From Basidiobolus meristosporus CBS 931.73 (lineage: Eukaryota; Fungi; Basidiobolomycota), in assembly GCA_002104905.1 (NCBI GenBank), contig MCFE01000195.1, forward strand, positions 70,454 to 134,453: a DNA stretch of 64,000 nucleotides. Direction: 5' to 3'. Under the pieces are notes generated by a model. It saw only the letters and a program-made list of their open reading frames with translations. It searched no databases and was not told the origin of the DNA. Every line of letters begins with the position of its first letter. The stretch's first letter is position 1. Positions 39,381 to 52,500 of the stretch are shown here, piece by piece. The position numbers were made by a program, and so were the translations under genes.

Positions 39381-40654
39381 CATGATTGGCAATCACCAAG
39401 TGCCTACTGATATGTGTACTAGTATAGGGCTACCAGTCCGTTCCTCAAATGAATCTCATATATTCTTCACAGCATATATAGAGTTTACTTGCATGTATAT
39501 TTTTGGACTTCCATTGGCACTTTACTTGATGATTATATAAATTTCATGTTCATATATTATAGATTTATCTCCTCCCACTGCTTCTAATACTTGATGTAGA
39601 CATGAAGCTTGTCTACTAAGTGTCTCACAGAGCCTCATAATTATTGGTGCTAGAAGGAGTACTACTTTTGTATCATGTGTACCACCCCAAAGTTGGCAAG
39701 TCTGAGATCCCTATTCTTCAGCCACATATATTTGTATTATACATCATTGGATCCTCAGGATATAATCAAGCTAATTGATGTATCTATCTGCATATTCAGT
39801 CTCAAACTAGGGTGGCAGGTGGCTCCAAAGTGCTTGCACATCATTGTTATTTCATGTGGCTACAAACCCATGTAAGCTCACTGTAGGGGTTCAGGTACTT
39901 GATTGACCAAAGTAGTCTAATCCACACCCAGGTATATGTGGATCCTCAGCATAGCTCCTTTATGTAATGACATATCAAGATCATAGCATTGATACATATA
40001 TGGTGTAGTATGCTCCTTGTTGATCTGAACTCCTTGCTGGGATTATGAGTTTTCTCAAAGTTTCATCCTTCTGCACATTGGATAATTTGAAATTTGTCCA
40101 ACATGATCTCATTAACATATGAGCTCTTTCTTCTCTCTGTGTCTTCTTTAAAGGCATATGCCTTTCTCTCCATAGCAGTATATCCTACTCAGCAGCTCTT
40201 ACAATAGCATTACTTTATGTCCTTTGTATTTCAAGTAAACAAGGCAGTCTTTCTCCAGAATAAAGATATAGTACTAAAGAAAAGTATGCACGTAAGAAAT
40301 AGCAAGCTTGGGGCTCATAACCTGTGGAAATATTAGACAGATGTATTAGAAGTGAAATGGAAAATAAGAAGACACCTATAATATTAATTGGTTAATTTAT
40401 TGATTTGCAACATAATACTTATACTTGTTGCAAGACTACATACAGTTAGCTTTTTGCTTGTTATTGGGAGAGTGTTGGGTGTACATGTGCCTAGTTTCAG
40501 ACATTGCTAAAAGTCTGCGCATAACTAATTTCCAACAATTAGCAAATATCTTACAAGCTAATTCTAGGTTCATATTCCAAAATATGTCATTAAACTAAAT
40601 GCTAATTCATAGTACATCAATAATTAGGTGGACTTCTAATTATTTCAACAAATA

Positions 40655-41015
40655 TGCCATGATATGCCACTTGAATGCTTAGATCAGATCAGTTTCTGGT
40701 CAATTAAATTTAAGCTTAGTCTATCATATGTAGTGTTAACTTTCAAGGCATTAGCATTTTTCAGCAAATGAGTCAGCAGATTTTATCAAACAGAAGTAGA
40801 TTCAATGAGTAGTATCTGATTGGGTGATGATGATGCAGTCAAATGAGTCATCAGCTGCTACTTACATTAGGAAATATACTTAGCCAGCACTTGATCTTGC
40901 CAAATGTATATGGCAGCTGCAAGTGCCTCAATGAAGCGTGGCTCAAGTTTCAGCCAATGCAGCACTTGAATAACTCCCTTTTCTTCTACAGCCCTGATAT
41001 TCAACACTTGAAACA
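40655..41015 (+). repeat. Old, diverged gypsy-A-like solo LTR
   Basis: Shares blocks with the A3 LTR (TTGGGTGATGATGATGCA.TCAAATGAGTCATCAGC). Confidence 0.75.
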
Positions 41016-41129
41016 AGCAGATCAATCTATACAGTATTGAAATCAGATAGCTTTCCAGATAGGACAGCAATTCTGCCTAAATACAAGGGAGACAGTGATC
41101 AGAGTTCTACTTTGAAGCCAATGGATTGG

Positions 41130-44100
41130 TGGCATTTTCAGTTTGATGACAATACTTGACCACTAGAATTTGCTGTTGTGATACTTGTATAGTGATAGCC
41201 CACAAATGCTAGGGCAAAGGCATGACCCTACATACCTCCAAAGTAACCCCTGCTTACTAGGTATTTTCAATATTTGCCATCAATTATCTTGGATATTCCT
41301 GTGTTGGATTGACAGTGTGTGGTACTTTACAGCTTCACAATGTTTCCTGGACTGCATGAGCGTCATTTACAGGGGCAATACTGGAATATACCACAAATAT
41401 AGACTATGCATGGCTCCAATGGTGGTGAATTCCTGACAAGTTGAGCTTATTACAATGTTAACATTTTTTGATGTCAATGCCATGATACTAGCAATGCATG
41501 CTCTTATTGCAACAGTCTTTGGGTCTTAAGTGGCCAGCCGCATGATAAAAGTTCTTTTGTTTGGTATGGATTGTAAGGAACCTCCTGAAGTAATCTTGTC
41601 TAGAAAAAGCAGTAGTTCTTTGAAGCCTCACTGCTGGAATTGATGGCAACATACCACTTATTTGGTGAACTTGGCATATCTTTCAGCAGTTTAAGGATTA
41701 CTGGGCTTACTTGGCACCATAAAGTATCCTTGGCATTTTTCCCATTGTTGCTTCCTCATCATATAATACAATCTTGCTAATCTCATGCAATCTGCTAATA
41801 TTTTGAGAGATAGGCTCTAGATCCTTCAGTGAGCTATCTTTTTGGGGGCTACTGATATGTGTGCCGTATTGGAAATACCAAACTGTATCAGAAGGCTTTG
41901 TCTATGCTTCTTACTTCATTTGTATAAGATAGTAAGTGTGACTAGGTGCAGTATAAGCAACATCAATTTGTCAGAAGTTCTAATATGGGTATGTTGATGA
42001 CTGAGCAGTGCTTAAATATTACTAGATGAGCAAATCAACAGCCATGATCTTTAAAGTAATTCCTGTTCTCTCTGCATGCCTATAACTGAAAGGCTTGTTA
42101 CAGTCACCAACTAATCTTTTTCACTTCTTAAGCAGTGAGCAAAGTAGTTGGATCCATGAGGCACACAGCTTAGTATATAGTAATGAAACACTATTATATC
42201 ACCTTCTGTCATCATTTGTGCAAGGAAAAGACTGAGTTGTTAATAATGCACTGGGCCTGTATGAGCTTAAGATCAAGCGTTGTCTTACCATGGTAAGTAT
42301 GATGGATTCAGCTGAGGAATCCTGTGCACTTGTGATTTTGGCACTACATTTCATTTAGTTTGGCACACTTCTGTATATATGACACAAGTATGTAGAGTCA
42401 AGCTATCTGAAATCAACCAGCGGCATGATGATTATCCATTTATGCCTTCTGCTTCGCTAGTTGCAACCCAGAATGATTTGGAGCAAAGCACCAGCAAATC
42501 TTCATAGCCCCCATTATTGCTATTGGTGCAAGTATGCAATGGCTTTGGCCCCATCTTTGCATTACTTACAAGTCAGTGGAATACTGGGCTTGCTTAGTCC
42601 CATTAAGTATATTTGGAAGTTTTGCCATGTCTGTTGTTGCATTGCATTTTGGGATTTTGATTAGTCCTCTGCCAGTTCTCTCAAGTTCATACCAGCAGTG
42701 CTGCAAGCTGACCATATTGCTGAGGAAGATAAGAATGTAGCAAAAGCAGTACCTTCAGCTGAAGACCAGAAAGGGGCTGTCCTAACATCACCACCACCTC
42801 TATTAGCATGCATGTTATTAGCTCATACCAAAAAATCCCAGATGTAACTAGGTGTTTTGACTGAAAGGATAGATGCCATGGTCCAGAGAAATCAGTAAAT
42901 AGTCCAGAAACAGAATGAGCAGATAAAAGTTGTAGAGCAATCAATATCCTAGGTAGAAAAAGCAGTATCTTTGCTTCAAAGAAGGAACTCAAGTAGTTCA
43001 GTGTCATGATCAAGAATTGAGCCATTTCCCATTGTAGCAGCAGAGGAACACTGTGCAGTCTTTGAAGCACAACAACAGTGCCCAAAGATAAAGCCCACAG
43101 TAACACCTATCACAGCATAGGAAGGAGACAATGTAGCATTTATATCAAGGCCTAAACATCAAAAGACATTGAAGATCTTTGAAGCCATTGAGTGCAATGT
43201 TGAAGTGTGGGCTAGTACTCAATAGACTGTTGGAAGTCTAGCATGCCAACACCTTAAGGCCTGCACACCATGGGACCATCAGGAACTCAAGGCCAAGCAG
43301 AATGCACCTGACTTGTTCCATGAGCATCATCCAGCATTCAAACAAGCTAACAGATTATGGGCCTGCATTGGTATGCTAAGAAAGTATCTCAATAATAGCA
43401 GAAGCTATCATAGGCAGAAGAACATGGGTGCAATAATGAAATAACAGTGGCTTCCTCAAGAGCCTGTTACAAGCATGGTCAACAGCTCCAAGCAGGCATC
43501 AAAGATGCCTCAGATAGCTGGAAGAGTGACAATTAGGGATAATCAGCTAGACACAGATGCACCAGCACAACATTTGCCAAGGAAAAGTGTATTTCTACTC
43601 AAGAAACACTCAGTCAAAGTTGCAATGAAGGACCTGGCAGTGATAAAACAAGAGGCTACCTCAGAAGCAAGTCTTAGCATGGGCTAAGGGCCTGAAACAA
43701 GCAGGAAGGAATTGTCAGGTTACCTGCAGAGTGAGCAAGGGACAAGCAGGCCAAAACAGATACATCAGAGCAGCATTTATCAGGCAGAGTGCATAGTTGA
43801 ATACAAGAAGCATGCAGACAAAGTAGTAGTGAAAGGCCTGGCAGTGATAATGGAAAAGGTAAAGGGGAAAAAGTCTACCCAAGCCAGAGACAGGGAAGCA
43901 TGAAAAAAAAGCTGCAGTTCTTCACAATTATTGCTGTAAGCCTAGAATATACTGAATTCCATCATAGCCAAGAAGAAATACCAAAAAGTAAACAGCTATT
44001 TTCACAAGAGTTGGAAGTGTAGCCAGTCAAGCTACACTCCAGTGAGGTAGATAAGTCTGCAGAGAAGGGCATTTTGCTCACCACTGCCTCCACATTTCCC

Positions 44101-45317
44101 CTTGTTGACAGAGTAGAGATCACTCTTACACATAAAGTAACAGTATCTGGAACTTAAAAGGCTATCACAATGCCTTCAGTGAGATTTGGAACATTAAAAG
44201 GCACACCTAGAGGTTGCAGCACTTCTTTGAGAGCAGTGCTCAAGAAAATGCACTTGAACATTGCAGGGATTTATTTCAAAGACTGGCAGATGAGGAGATA
44301 GACTTTGCAGTGGCTGCTGAAGACCAGGACATATGGGAACCAGTGAATGAACAGTGGTATAAAGCTGTAGTGCTCCCACCAAAGTCCAGGAAGCAGAGTG
44401 TTGTGGTGGTGTATAAATTCACAGGAGAGATATATCCAACAATTCTTTAGTGTTTGGTGTGGGATGTTCACTGAGTGTGATAACCTCTGGCAAATGCTTG
44501 CTAGGAATACTTGGGTTTTGTCTCTAATCTGATGTGAAGGGGAATGAAGCCACAAGCTTGTCAAGAGAAAACTATTGAGCTACAATCACAACTTAGTTGG
44601 TGTCTTAACAAAAGTATGTGCTGGGTTCAGTGTCCTTTGAGATGACAATGTACTAAAGCTTCCAAAGTCAAAACAACTGTAAACTCCACCAGCAGGGACT
44701 TGATAAGAATGCAGCTGTGGTCAATAGTTACAAAGACAGAAAAGTATCTTTGCCTGTACAAGAACAAACTTGGGAAAGAATCAAATATAATAAAAGATAC
44801 ATAAGGTAAGCAAGTGTGATAGTTAGCCAGCTTATGAGGTATTACCAATCAAGTGAGACAAATGAGCTAAAACTAACACAAGGGTAGTAGAAAAATAGGG
44901 AAGTAGAAGACATGGGAATGAGCACATCTGTCAGTGGGTGCCACTGTGACCCCACAACAGTGTTACAGCTAAGTTTCAACAGAATTAATCAATTTGTATG
45001 TATGAAAAGTAAGAGAAACAGATGAGTCAGATAGTAAGGAGTATGAATACAAGGCAATAGCCAAGAAATGCCTACAAATGTAGGGGTTGATAGAGTGTCT
45101 GCAACCAGAAAGTGAGAAAACTGGCAGAGAACCAATCAAAAGCCACTTTTGTATTGGTGAGATGAAAAATTTTGACCAAGTTTTTGATGATATCTGGGGT
45201 AATGTTATTTTTTTGACAGTCTTAGCGCAGCATTCCAATGGGATTAATACTTCTTAGTCATGGGACTTGAATTTGTGATGGCCTTGGATGGGATCATCAC
45301 AACAATTTTTATAGCAG
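41130..45317 (-). mobile_element. Family D copy D6 (transposase remnant on minus ~41130-41900; ORF1 on plus ~42690-45270; degraded left TIR ~45300-45317)
   Basis: Collinear with reverse-complemented D7; GGATCATCACAACAATTTTTATAG resembles the D7 left end. Confidence 0.75.
44402..44959 (-). repeat. LTR-C solo, internally deleted (558 bp)
   Basis: Both LTR-C termini present; TSD GTGT/GTGT. Confidence 0.88.
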
Positions 45318-46089
45318 TTGTTGCTACTGGACAAAAACAAAGATGGCTTCTCTGGATCATTTTTTGTGGGTATGAATTACTAAACAGATGTGGTTCAGGT
45401 GGGAGAAAGCCATTGCAGCTCAAAGCTATGTAGGAATCTTTTCTTTGCCATGCTGTATGTACCATGGTGCCAGGAAATGAGCAAACTCCAGATCAGGCAT
45501 ACATGGAAAGACCTTAACTTTGCTAATGTAGGTCATTATTTTTACCATGTATAGAGCCTATATGATGGAGGTACCTGGACCTGAGCTTCATATACACCCT
45601 AAGTAAAGTTACTAAATGAAGTAGACTATTACCCAGAAACAAACAAGCTCCAGATGTGCTGTATATGACAAGCACTGATGGTGACCAAATGTTAATCAAC
45701 ATTGCCCAAATAAGGATCATTGCATAGACCAAAGACTATATTACTTTTACAATCTGAAAATCAAGCCCAACATGTTGTTCAATCTCATACAAATGGTAAA
45801 AGTTTCTGCCAAGTACTAATAACAGATCATGCAAATATTTAAGCATTCTATTTGATAGGCATGCACTTTGTATTGCAGATTACCTGCGCAAATAAGTTGA
45901 ACACAAATATATATACTGTTGTTACTACATTAGTACAGAATGCAGCACAGTTAAACTTTATATGCTTATTGTTGATTGTAAATGCTGATAAATGTTTGAT
46001 AATTATGGGTATTTTGTTATGTGGAAGAGCTGTTATTTTTGAGTTGTTGCCTTGATATTCTTGTTCACTTAGTCATAAGGATATTAGTT

Positions 46090-48581
46090 TGTGATTAGCT
46101 TTCTGTTCTGATCTAAACTCCTGTTAGGATTTACTTGGAGTAGTTTCACTAAGTTATTAGGGTACCTAGATTAAGACCACTCTTAGGGTTGTAGGAAAGA
46201 TCCAAATGTTGTGCATATACTTTTGGGACCTTCCTAAGTAAGCTCTAAAAATTTCTTTGTCTTGCTTTACCAACAGTATAAATACCACAATTTTGATCAA
46301 TAAATCTACAAGTTTGCAGCATGATAATCCTCAAATTCTCCACATCAATGCCAATACTACTCAAATACTGCAACAGATGTTGCAAAAATATACAAATCTT
46401 CCTAAATATGCACATGAGTTGGTTACCACAGTTATAAGAGCAATACTAACCAAATTCCTTGCTGGGACTCACTAATCCTGAATAGCCTGACCAAGAGGTC
46501 TCAGGGCCTTGTTTCAACCCCATAGTTGAGAACTAAAGATTGGACCTTAATCTCACCTATGGAAGGCACCTGAATTGAGTGACCTGAAAACCAAGTACCA
46601 ACAAGAAGGAACAGGAAAATGCTTTGATAAGCAATACAACCAAAAGGAAGTAGTAAGGCTCCTTCAAAGGCAACAGCAATCTGTTTTGCAGCTACCTGAA
46701 AAAATTAACTCACATCAGCCCAGTGCCTCAGGAGGAGATAAATCGGCAAAAAAAGTCTGCATATGAAAATGGTGCAATAACTAAAGTTTGATTACCTATA
46801 TCTGCACTCAATATGACCATAAACAAGGCTTTGCAGATGTGACACATTGACCTTAGTGCATCTCAAGTCTTTATACACTCAACAGAATTTTTTGCCTGAT
46901 ATCAAGCAATTCAAATTAAGAAGGTTTTCATGGGTGAAAACATACCACTGGATGCATTTGGAGAGGGTGCTATCCAGGTAAGCCTTGGAAGTATTGAAGG
47001 GAAGTACACATGTACCCTTAGATATGCATTCTTTATACCAGAAATTCCCAGAAACTCTCTGTTTGTCAAAAGGTCACAGGTGAAGGGCTCTGTCACAGGT
47101 TTTACAATTCTGGATGCACAAGCTTTAATCAAAATGGTGCCCATATTGCTTTGGATACTAGAGCTCTAAGTCAGCCCAAGCTGAATGCAAAATATGTAAC
47201 TTAAAGGAAGAAACTCAAATGGATTGGCACAGTAACTTTACCTTATGAAAAATCACAGCTGGGATTTTGCTGGTATTCAGCTGGTGTTTTTGGTTCAAAG
47301 TTTTAAATGCATTTTTTGATGGAAGTAATGGGCAACTATTTACCAAACTTGATATGGATGGTAGTTGGCCTAGTCTCCTCCTGGAGGGTTTTTTTCTTAT
47401 CTGCTCATAAGCTAACAACAGAGATATTGAGAGTAGTCGATTTTGAGAAACTTGAGATTCAGCTGATATTATAAAGGTATCTTGCTGGCCTTAATCTTTT
47501 ACTTTGGGTTTAGGTACAACAATTTTGATTGTTTGAGCCAAATAATCAAAGTCAGTTAGTTTGTAGGTTAAAAGCTGATCCCCCAGCAAATAGGGAGTAC
47601 TGAGAAGCCTGCATATATAGAAAACAAGCCTGACAACCACTCAAGAGCTTTGTGCTAGTACAATATAACAAAAATTAGATTCAATTTGTGAATTATTACT
47701 GATTGTACTTGGTAGTTGAGAGAGCTTGTAAGTCAAGTCAGTACCCCTTGGTTCAATATAGTTTCCAGTAGAAGGTAGCAAGGTAGCAAGGTAATCATGA
47801 CTCATGTTTATTATGTGAAAGATATGTTTCTTTCAACTTGTCACAATTGGCTATATACATATCTCACTGAGAGATGCTTGGGCAATAGACAACATGTTTT
47901 GAAATAGAGGTACCTTCCTGTTATGGTAAGTGATCTAATTAGGTAAGGAAAGGAATAGAAGGAAGGACTTGTGAGGGACTCATAGAGAGAATACTTGGGA
48001 GACACTGGGTAGGACTTTGGGAGGACTCTTGGGCAAAGAGAGGTTACTACAGAGTACTCACACCATTGACTCAGATCTGCGCAGATATATGCAAAATATA
48101 TCCTGAGGCAGGATCAAGTATTTAATCCCTTTTACTAATAAAAACACTGGATGTATATGGGTTTATTTCATTGAATAAAAGGAAAAAGCGCTGTTTATGC
48201 TCAGGGAGCTTTAAGCCATAGTGGAGAGGGAAACTTGTGAAAATTTTGGAAAATATGCTCAGAAAATGGTGGGCAGTATATCTCAAAACTCTTCATCCAC
48301 TTATGCAAAACTCATGGTATAAGGCAAGAGACAACAGCACTGTACTTTCCACAGATAAATGGAGCAGCAGAACATGCAGACAGATTAACAAATGATATTG
48401 AGAGATTCATGATCCTTGAGCTAAATTATCTTATAATTTTTGGGCAGAGATAGTTGCTACAAGCCAGAATATTCAATCAGATAAGTAATAGCTCAAATTA
48501 CTTTATCAATAAGGGTGCAAACTTAGTCTATGCCTGTTTGGTCCATATTAATGAGCCCCAGACTAAATCAGATGCCCTAAA
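46090..48581 (+). pseudogene. copia copy 3, heavily decayed (LTR remnant; gag, protease and integrase pieces)
   Basis: MGENIPLDAFGEGAIQVSL; pieces homologous to copy 1 at ~680-2620. Confidence 0.75.
47687..48062. repeat. Solo LTR, family F (376 bp), in copia copy 3
   Basis: TGTGA...TCACA; near-TSD CAATT/CCATT; the flanks rejoin copia integrase sequence. Confidence 0.5.
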
Positions 48582-48929
48582 TGTTGTGAAAATTTGTAAT
48601 TCTACCAAAGAACTCACATAATATAGTCACTTGGCTCAACCCCTACAGCTTGTGGTGAAAACTAACCAAATACCTTCTTGGGATTCACTTGTGATCTTTT
48701 CACCAGAAAATCAGATACCCAGATCATGAATATTCTGAAAGTTGTCCAAACTACCCAAAGCTTTGCACACAAGCTGTTGAGGCCTTCCTAAACCAACTCC
48801 ACATGTTTGCTATGTCAAGGTCTTGTAAAAGTATGAATACTACTGTTTTGCTCAGTGAATCACTGAGTGAAAACTGCAAAGTCCACTTGTTCTTCCAATC
48901 ACTTACAATATCTCTAGGACTCTTACAAC
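48582..48929 (+). repeat. copia LTR nested in copy 3
   Basis: TGTTGTGAAAATTTG...CTCTTACAAC, 348 bp. Confidence 0.8.
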
Positions 48930-48932
48930 TGG

Positions 48933-49597
48933 TGTAGTGGGGTCACAGTGACACCCACTGACAGATGTGCTCATTCCCATATTTTTGACTTTCCTATATT
49001 TCTACTACCCTTATATTAGTTTTGTCCCATTTGTCTTACTTGATCAGTACTATCCCATAAGCTGGCTGACAATCATGCCTGCTTACCTTATTGCATGAGT
49101 TATCCCTTACTGTATGTAAGATAACTCAATGTAGGTACTTCTATATTAGACAGGTACCTGTGCCAGTTCCCATGACACATGACCACACTGTGTTGCTATT
49201 CCTGCTACTTTGATACCATATATAGTATCCTTATGTTACACAGGTTTCAGAATACTGATTCCTGATTGGTTGACTGTGCTATGCCTTTGAAAACCTTCTG
49301 GCACCTACTTATGGCATTCATAGCTCATTCTGATGTCATCAAGATTTCTATCTGACCCTTGGAACCTTCTGGAGCAGTATGATTAATAATCACCTAGCCA
49401 GTGAGAAAAGTATATAAGGGAGGCAATCCCTCAACAATAAATCATCAACCCTTTTATCAATATACCAACTTGTTGATTAGTGTGATTACTGCTGCCTGTT
49501 GCTACCTGAACTTCCAATTCCAGACTACAGGACACTCCCAGGAAATCATGCTGACAGCCAACTGGCATTGTAGGCACTACGTGTGAGGAATATTCAG
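48933..49597 (+). repeat. LTR-C, 3'-truncated
   Basis: TGTAGTGGGGTCACAG start; homology to LTR-C ends at GAATATTCAG. Confidence 0.85.
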
Positions 49598-52500
49598 GGT
49601 TCCCAAGTTTGATCATTTGGGCTGTAGCTTACCTAGTCTACAAGATGGTGAAGTTGGGATCTGATGTACCTTGAATCCAATACTTGCTGGAACTCAAACT
49701 CTTGGTGTTTGTCTACTTGGATGGTCAGGAGATTAGCTGGGTGCTGGTTGGGTAGACTATTGTCCTGGAATGGTTCTAGGAGGGATGCATGGAATGTGTC
49801 ATGTATTTTCATACTTAGTGGTACCTGTAGTTGGTATACCATTGGACTATGTTTCTTCTTGATCTTGAATGGTCCCAGTATCTTGTAGTATAATTAGTGA
49901 CAATGGCAGCAGGTAGCAATGTTTCTTCTCAGGAGTTATACTGAATCTCCTGCATTATGCTTTGGGCTAGGCTGCTGTTTGTTGTCTGCAAACTTCTTGT
50001 ACCCCTCATGGGCTAAGGATAGTTCCTTGGATTTTTAGAATTGTTGATGCATGCTCAGCTGCAGGGGGGCTCATAGGGCTTGTTGAGATCTAAATGTTAG
50101 ATTACTGATGAAAACCACAATTTTTATAGAATGAGGTGAGACAAGTTGCATTGTGACATGAGTTGTTGTAGACAAGTTCTGCAAGTGGTAGCACCTGGGT
50201 CCAGTTGTCTTGCTGATAGTTAATATAGCACCATAGGTATTATTCAAGGATCTGGTTAAATCTCTCTGTCTGACCATCAGACTGAGGATGAAAAGTGGTT
50301 GAGAGCTTGACTTTCAAACCAAGATATTGTATGAAGTGTTTCCAGAATCTTGATATGAACTGGGGTACTCTATTAGATACAATGTTACTAGGGATACCAT
50401 GGAGCCAGAAAATGCTATTGATTACTAGGGGGACAGTCTCCTTGGCTTCTATATTCTTGGGGCAGGGAATGAAGTGAGCCATCTTTGTGAGTTTATCTGC
50501 CACTACCAGGACTGAATTGAATCAGTTGGATTCTGGGATGTTGGTTATTAAGTTCATTGAAATTGACTTCCATTGCTGGTCAGGAATTGACAATGGTTGA
50601 AAAAGTTCAAATGGCTTGTGTCTGGCAGATTTTGCACAATTACATGTACCACAGGATTGGAGGTACTCCTTGACAAGGGATATCATCTTGGGCCACTAGA
50701 AGTCACTCTTAATTGCATTCATGATTTTGGCAATACCAAAATATCCTGCAGCCATAGAATCATGGCAAGCATGGATGATATCCAACAGGGTATCAAGGTC
50801 TGGGACAAGCCATTGGTGCCAGTGATAGATGATGTCATCAACTAGATGTAAGTGCAGGAGGTTTGGAACCAGGGTGGTGGGTCGGTGGGAGACATGAGGT
50901 ATTTCTTAATTGTTGCTGCTGTGAAGTTAATGGCTTGACAGGTCTTGACTTTCTCAAATAGTAAAGGAGCTATAGTGCTGGATGACTGGGTTGCAAGGTG
51001 CTCAAAATGTCTTTTGTTGAGTACAGGGTTTTTCATTTGCCAACAGGGATCATCCCCTTCTTTGAGAGAATATGCCATCTTTCTGGACAGGGCATCAGGT
51101 TTTCCTTGTTTTACACCTGGTCTATAAGTGATGACAACGTCAAAGTTAGACAGAAAGAGGGATCATCTGGCTTGTCTCCAGCTCAGTGCCTTTGAGGTGG
51201 TAAAGTACTCAAGGTTCTTGTGGTTACAGAAGATCCTTATCTTTTGGGCTGCACCATTTAGGCAGTGTCTTCATTGCTCAAAGGCAACAATGATTGCAAG
51301 TAGTTCCTTGTCTTGGATATCATAGTTTACTGCAGCTGGAGTAAATTTTCAAGAGTAGAATGCAATAGGTTGTAGCATGTTCTTGTCATCATACTGGGAA
51401 AGGATGGCACCAAGGGCAAAGTCAGAGGCATTAGTTTCTATGATGAAAGGTCTCTTAAGGTCAGGGTGGGCAAGCAGTGGGGCATACAAGAAGGACATCT
51501 TCATAGAATCAAAGAACTCAGACTGTTCCTTATTCCAGGCAAAGGGCAGATTTTTCTGGTTAAGCATTGTTAAGGGCATGACTATCTTGGAGTAGTGGAA
51601 ATGAATCTACAGTAGTAGTAGTAAGTTGGCAAATCCAAGGAAGTATTGCACTTATTTTACAGAACAGGGAGTTTTCCAGGATTGGATGGCTTCTACTTTG
51701 TTATGGTCCATTCTTGTCCCATTTAAGCTTACAAGATAGCATAGGAACTCAACTACTTTCTGGCCAAGCTCACATTTTTCCAGTTTGATACAAAGGCCAG
51801 TGGTGTCAAGCTTGGTTAAGACTTTCTTCAAATGGGAATTATATTCTTTTTGAGTCTTGGAGTAGATCAGGGTATCATCAAGATAGATAGCCACATAATG
51901 GTCAAGGTACTCACAGAAAATGTCATTGATCAGGTGTTCAAGGACAACAGGGGCATTGGTGAGGCCAAATGGCATAACTGTATACTCAAAGTGACCATAT
52001 TGTGTTCTGAAGGCAGTTTTCCATTCATTGACAGGCTTGATTCTTACAAGGTTATAAGCTCCTCTGAAGTCAATTTTAGTAAATACTTTGGCAGTAGAGA
52101 GTTGATTCATCAGGGTGTTGATCAGGGGCAAAGGGTACTGGTTCTTGATTGTGATCTTACTCAGTGCACAGTAGTGTACACACATTCTCAGGGTGCCATG
52201 GATTTCTTCCAACTTGGGTTGCAAAAGGTTGTAGATATGGCCAAAAGGTGGGGTTTTTCCATCTGCCAGGTCAATGGGACAATCATAGGGTCTATGTGCT
52301 ATTCTTATCAAACAGATGGGCAAGCTCTTGATACCTGGCAGGTATTCTATGGAAGGAGGTTCTTTCAGTGATGATGAGCACCCAGGTCCAGGGTAGCTTG
52401 GGAAAAGATACTTCTTCACCTGAGAAGTCATGTGCTTTTATGCAGCTGACTTGATGTACTCTGGGGAATGTCAGGGTTTTGGTCTTCCAGTTGATAGCTG

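Larger units (their letters stand above)
32441..40650 (-). mobile_element. Element E: copia-type LTRs (32441-32788, 40323-40650), PBS and PPT; ~2.6-kb interior without recognisable gag/pol; hosts gypsy A2
   Basis: TGTTGAAATA...TATTTCAACA; PBS GGTTATGAGCCC at 40311-40322; PPT GAGTGGGAG at 32789-32797; LTRs only ~70% alike by eye; no TSD found. Confidence 0.65.

Noticed and set aside
45432-45480. RNLFFAMLYVPWCQE resembling the LML(F/Y).PWR.E motif near Helitron/PIF1 helicases
   Set aside because: A single short motif in a stop-rich frame, with no helicase or Rep motifs nearby.
48929-48932. CTGG as firm support for CpG targeting
   Set aside because: The homologous copia LTR-PBS junction reads ACAACAGG, so the site may derive from CAGG; counted as equivocal.
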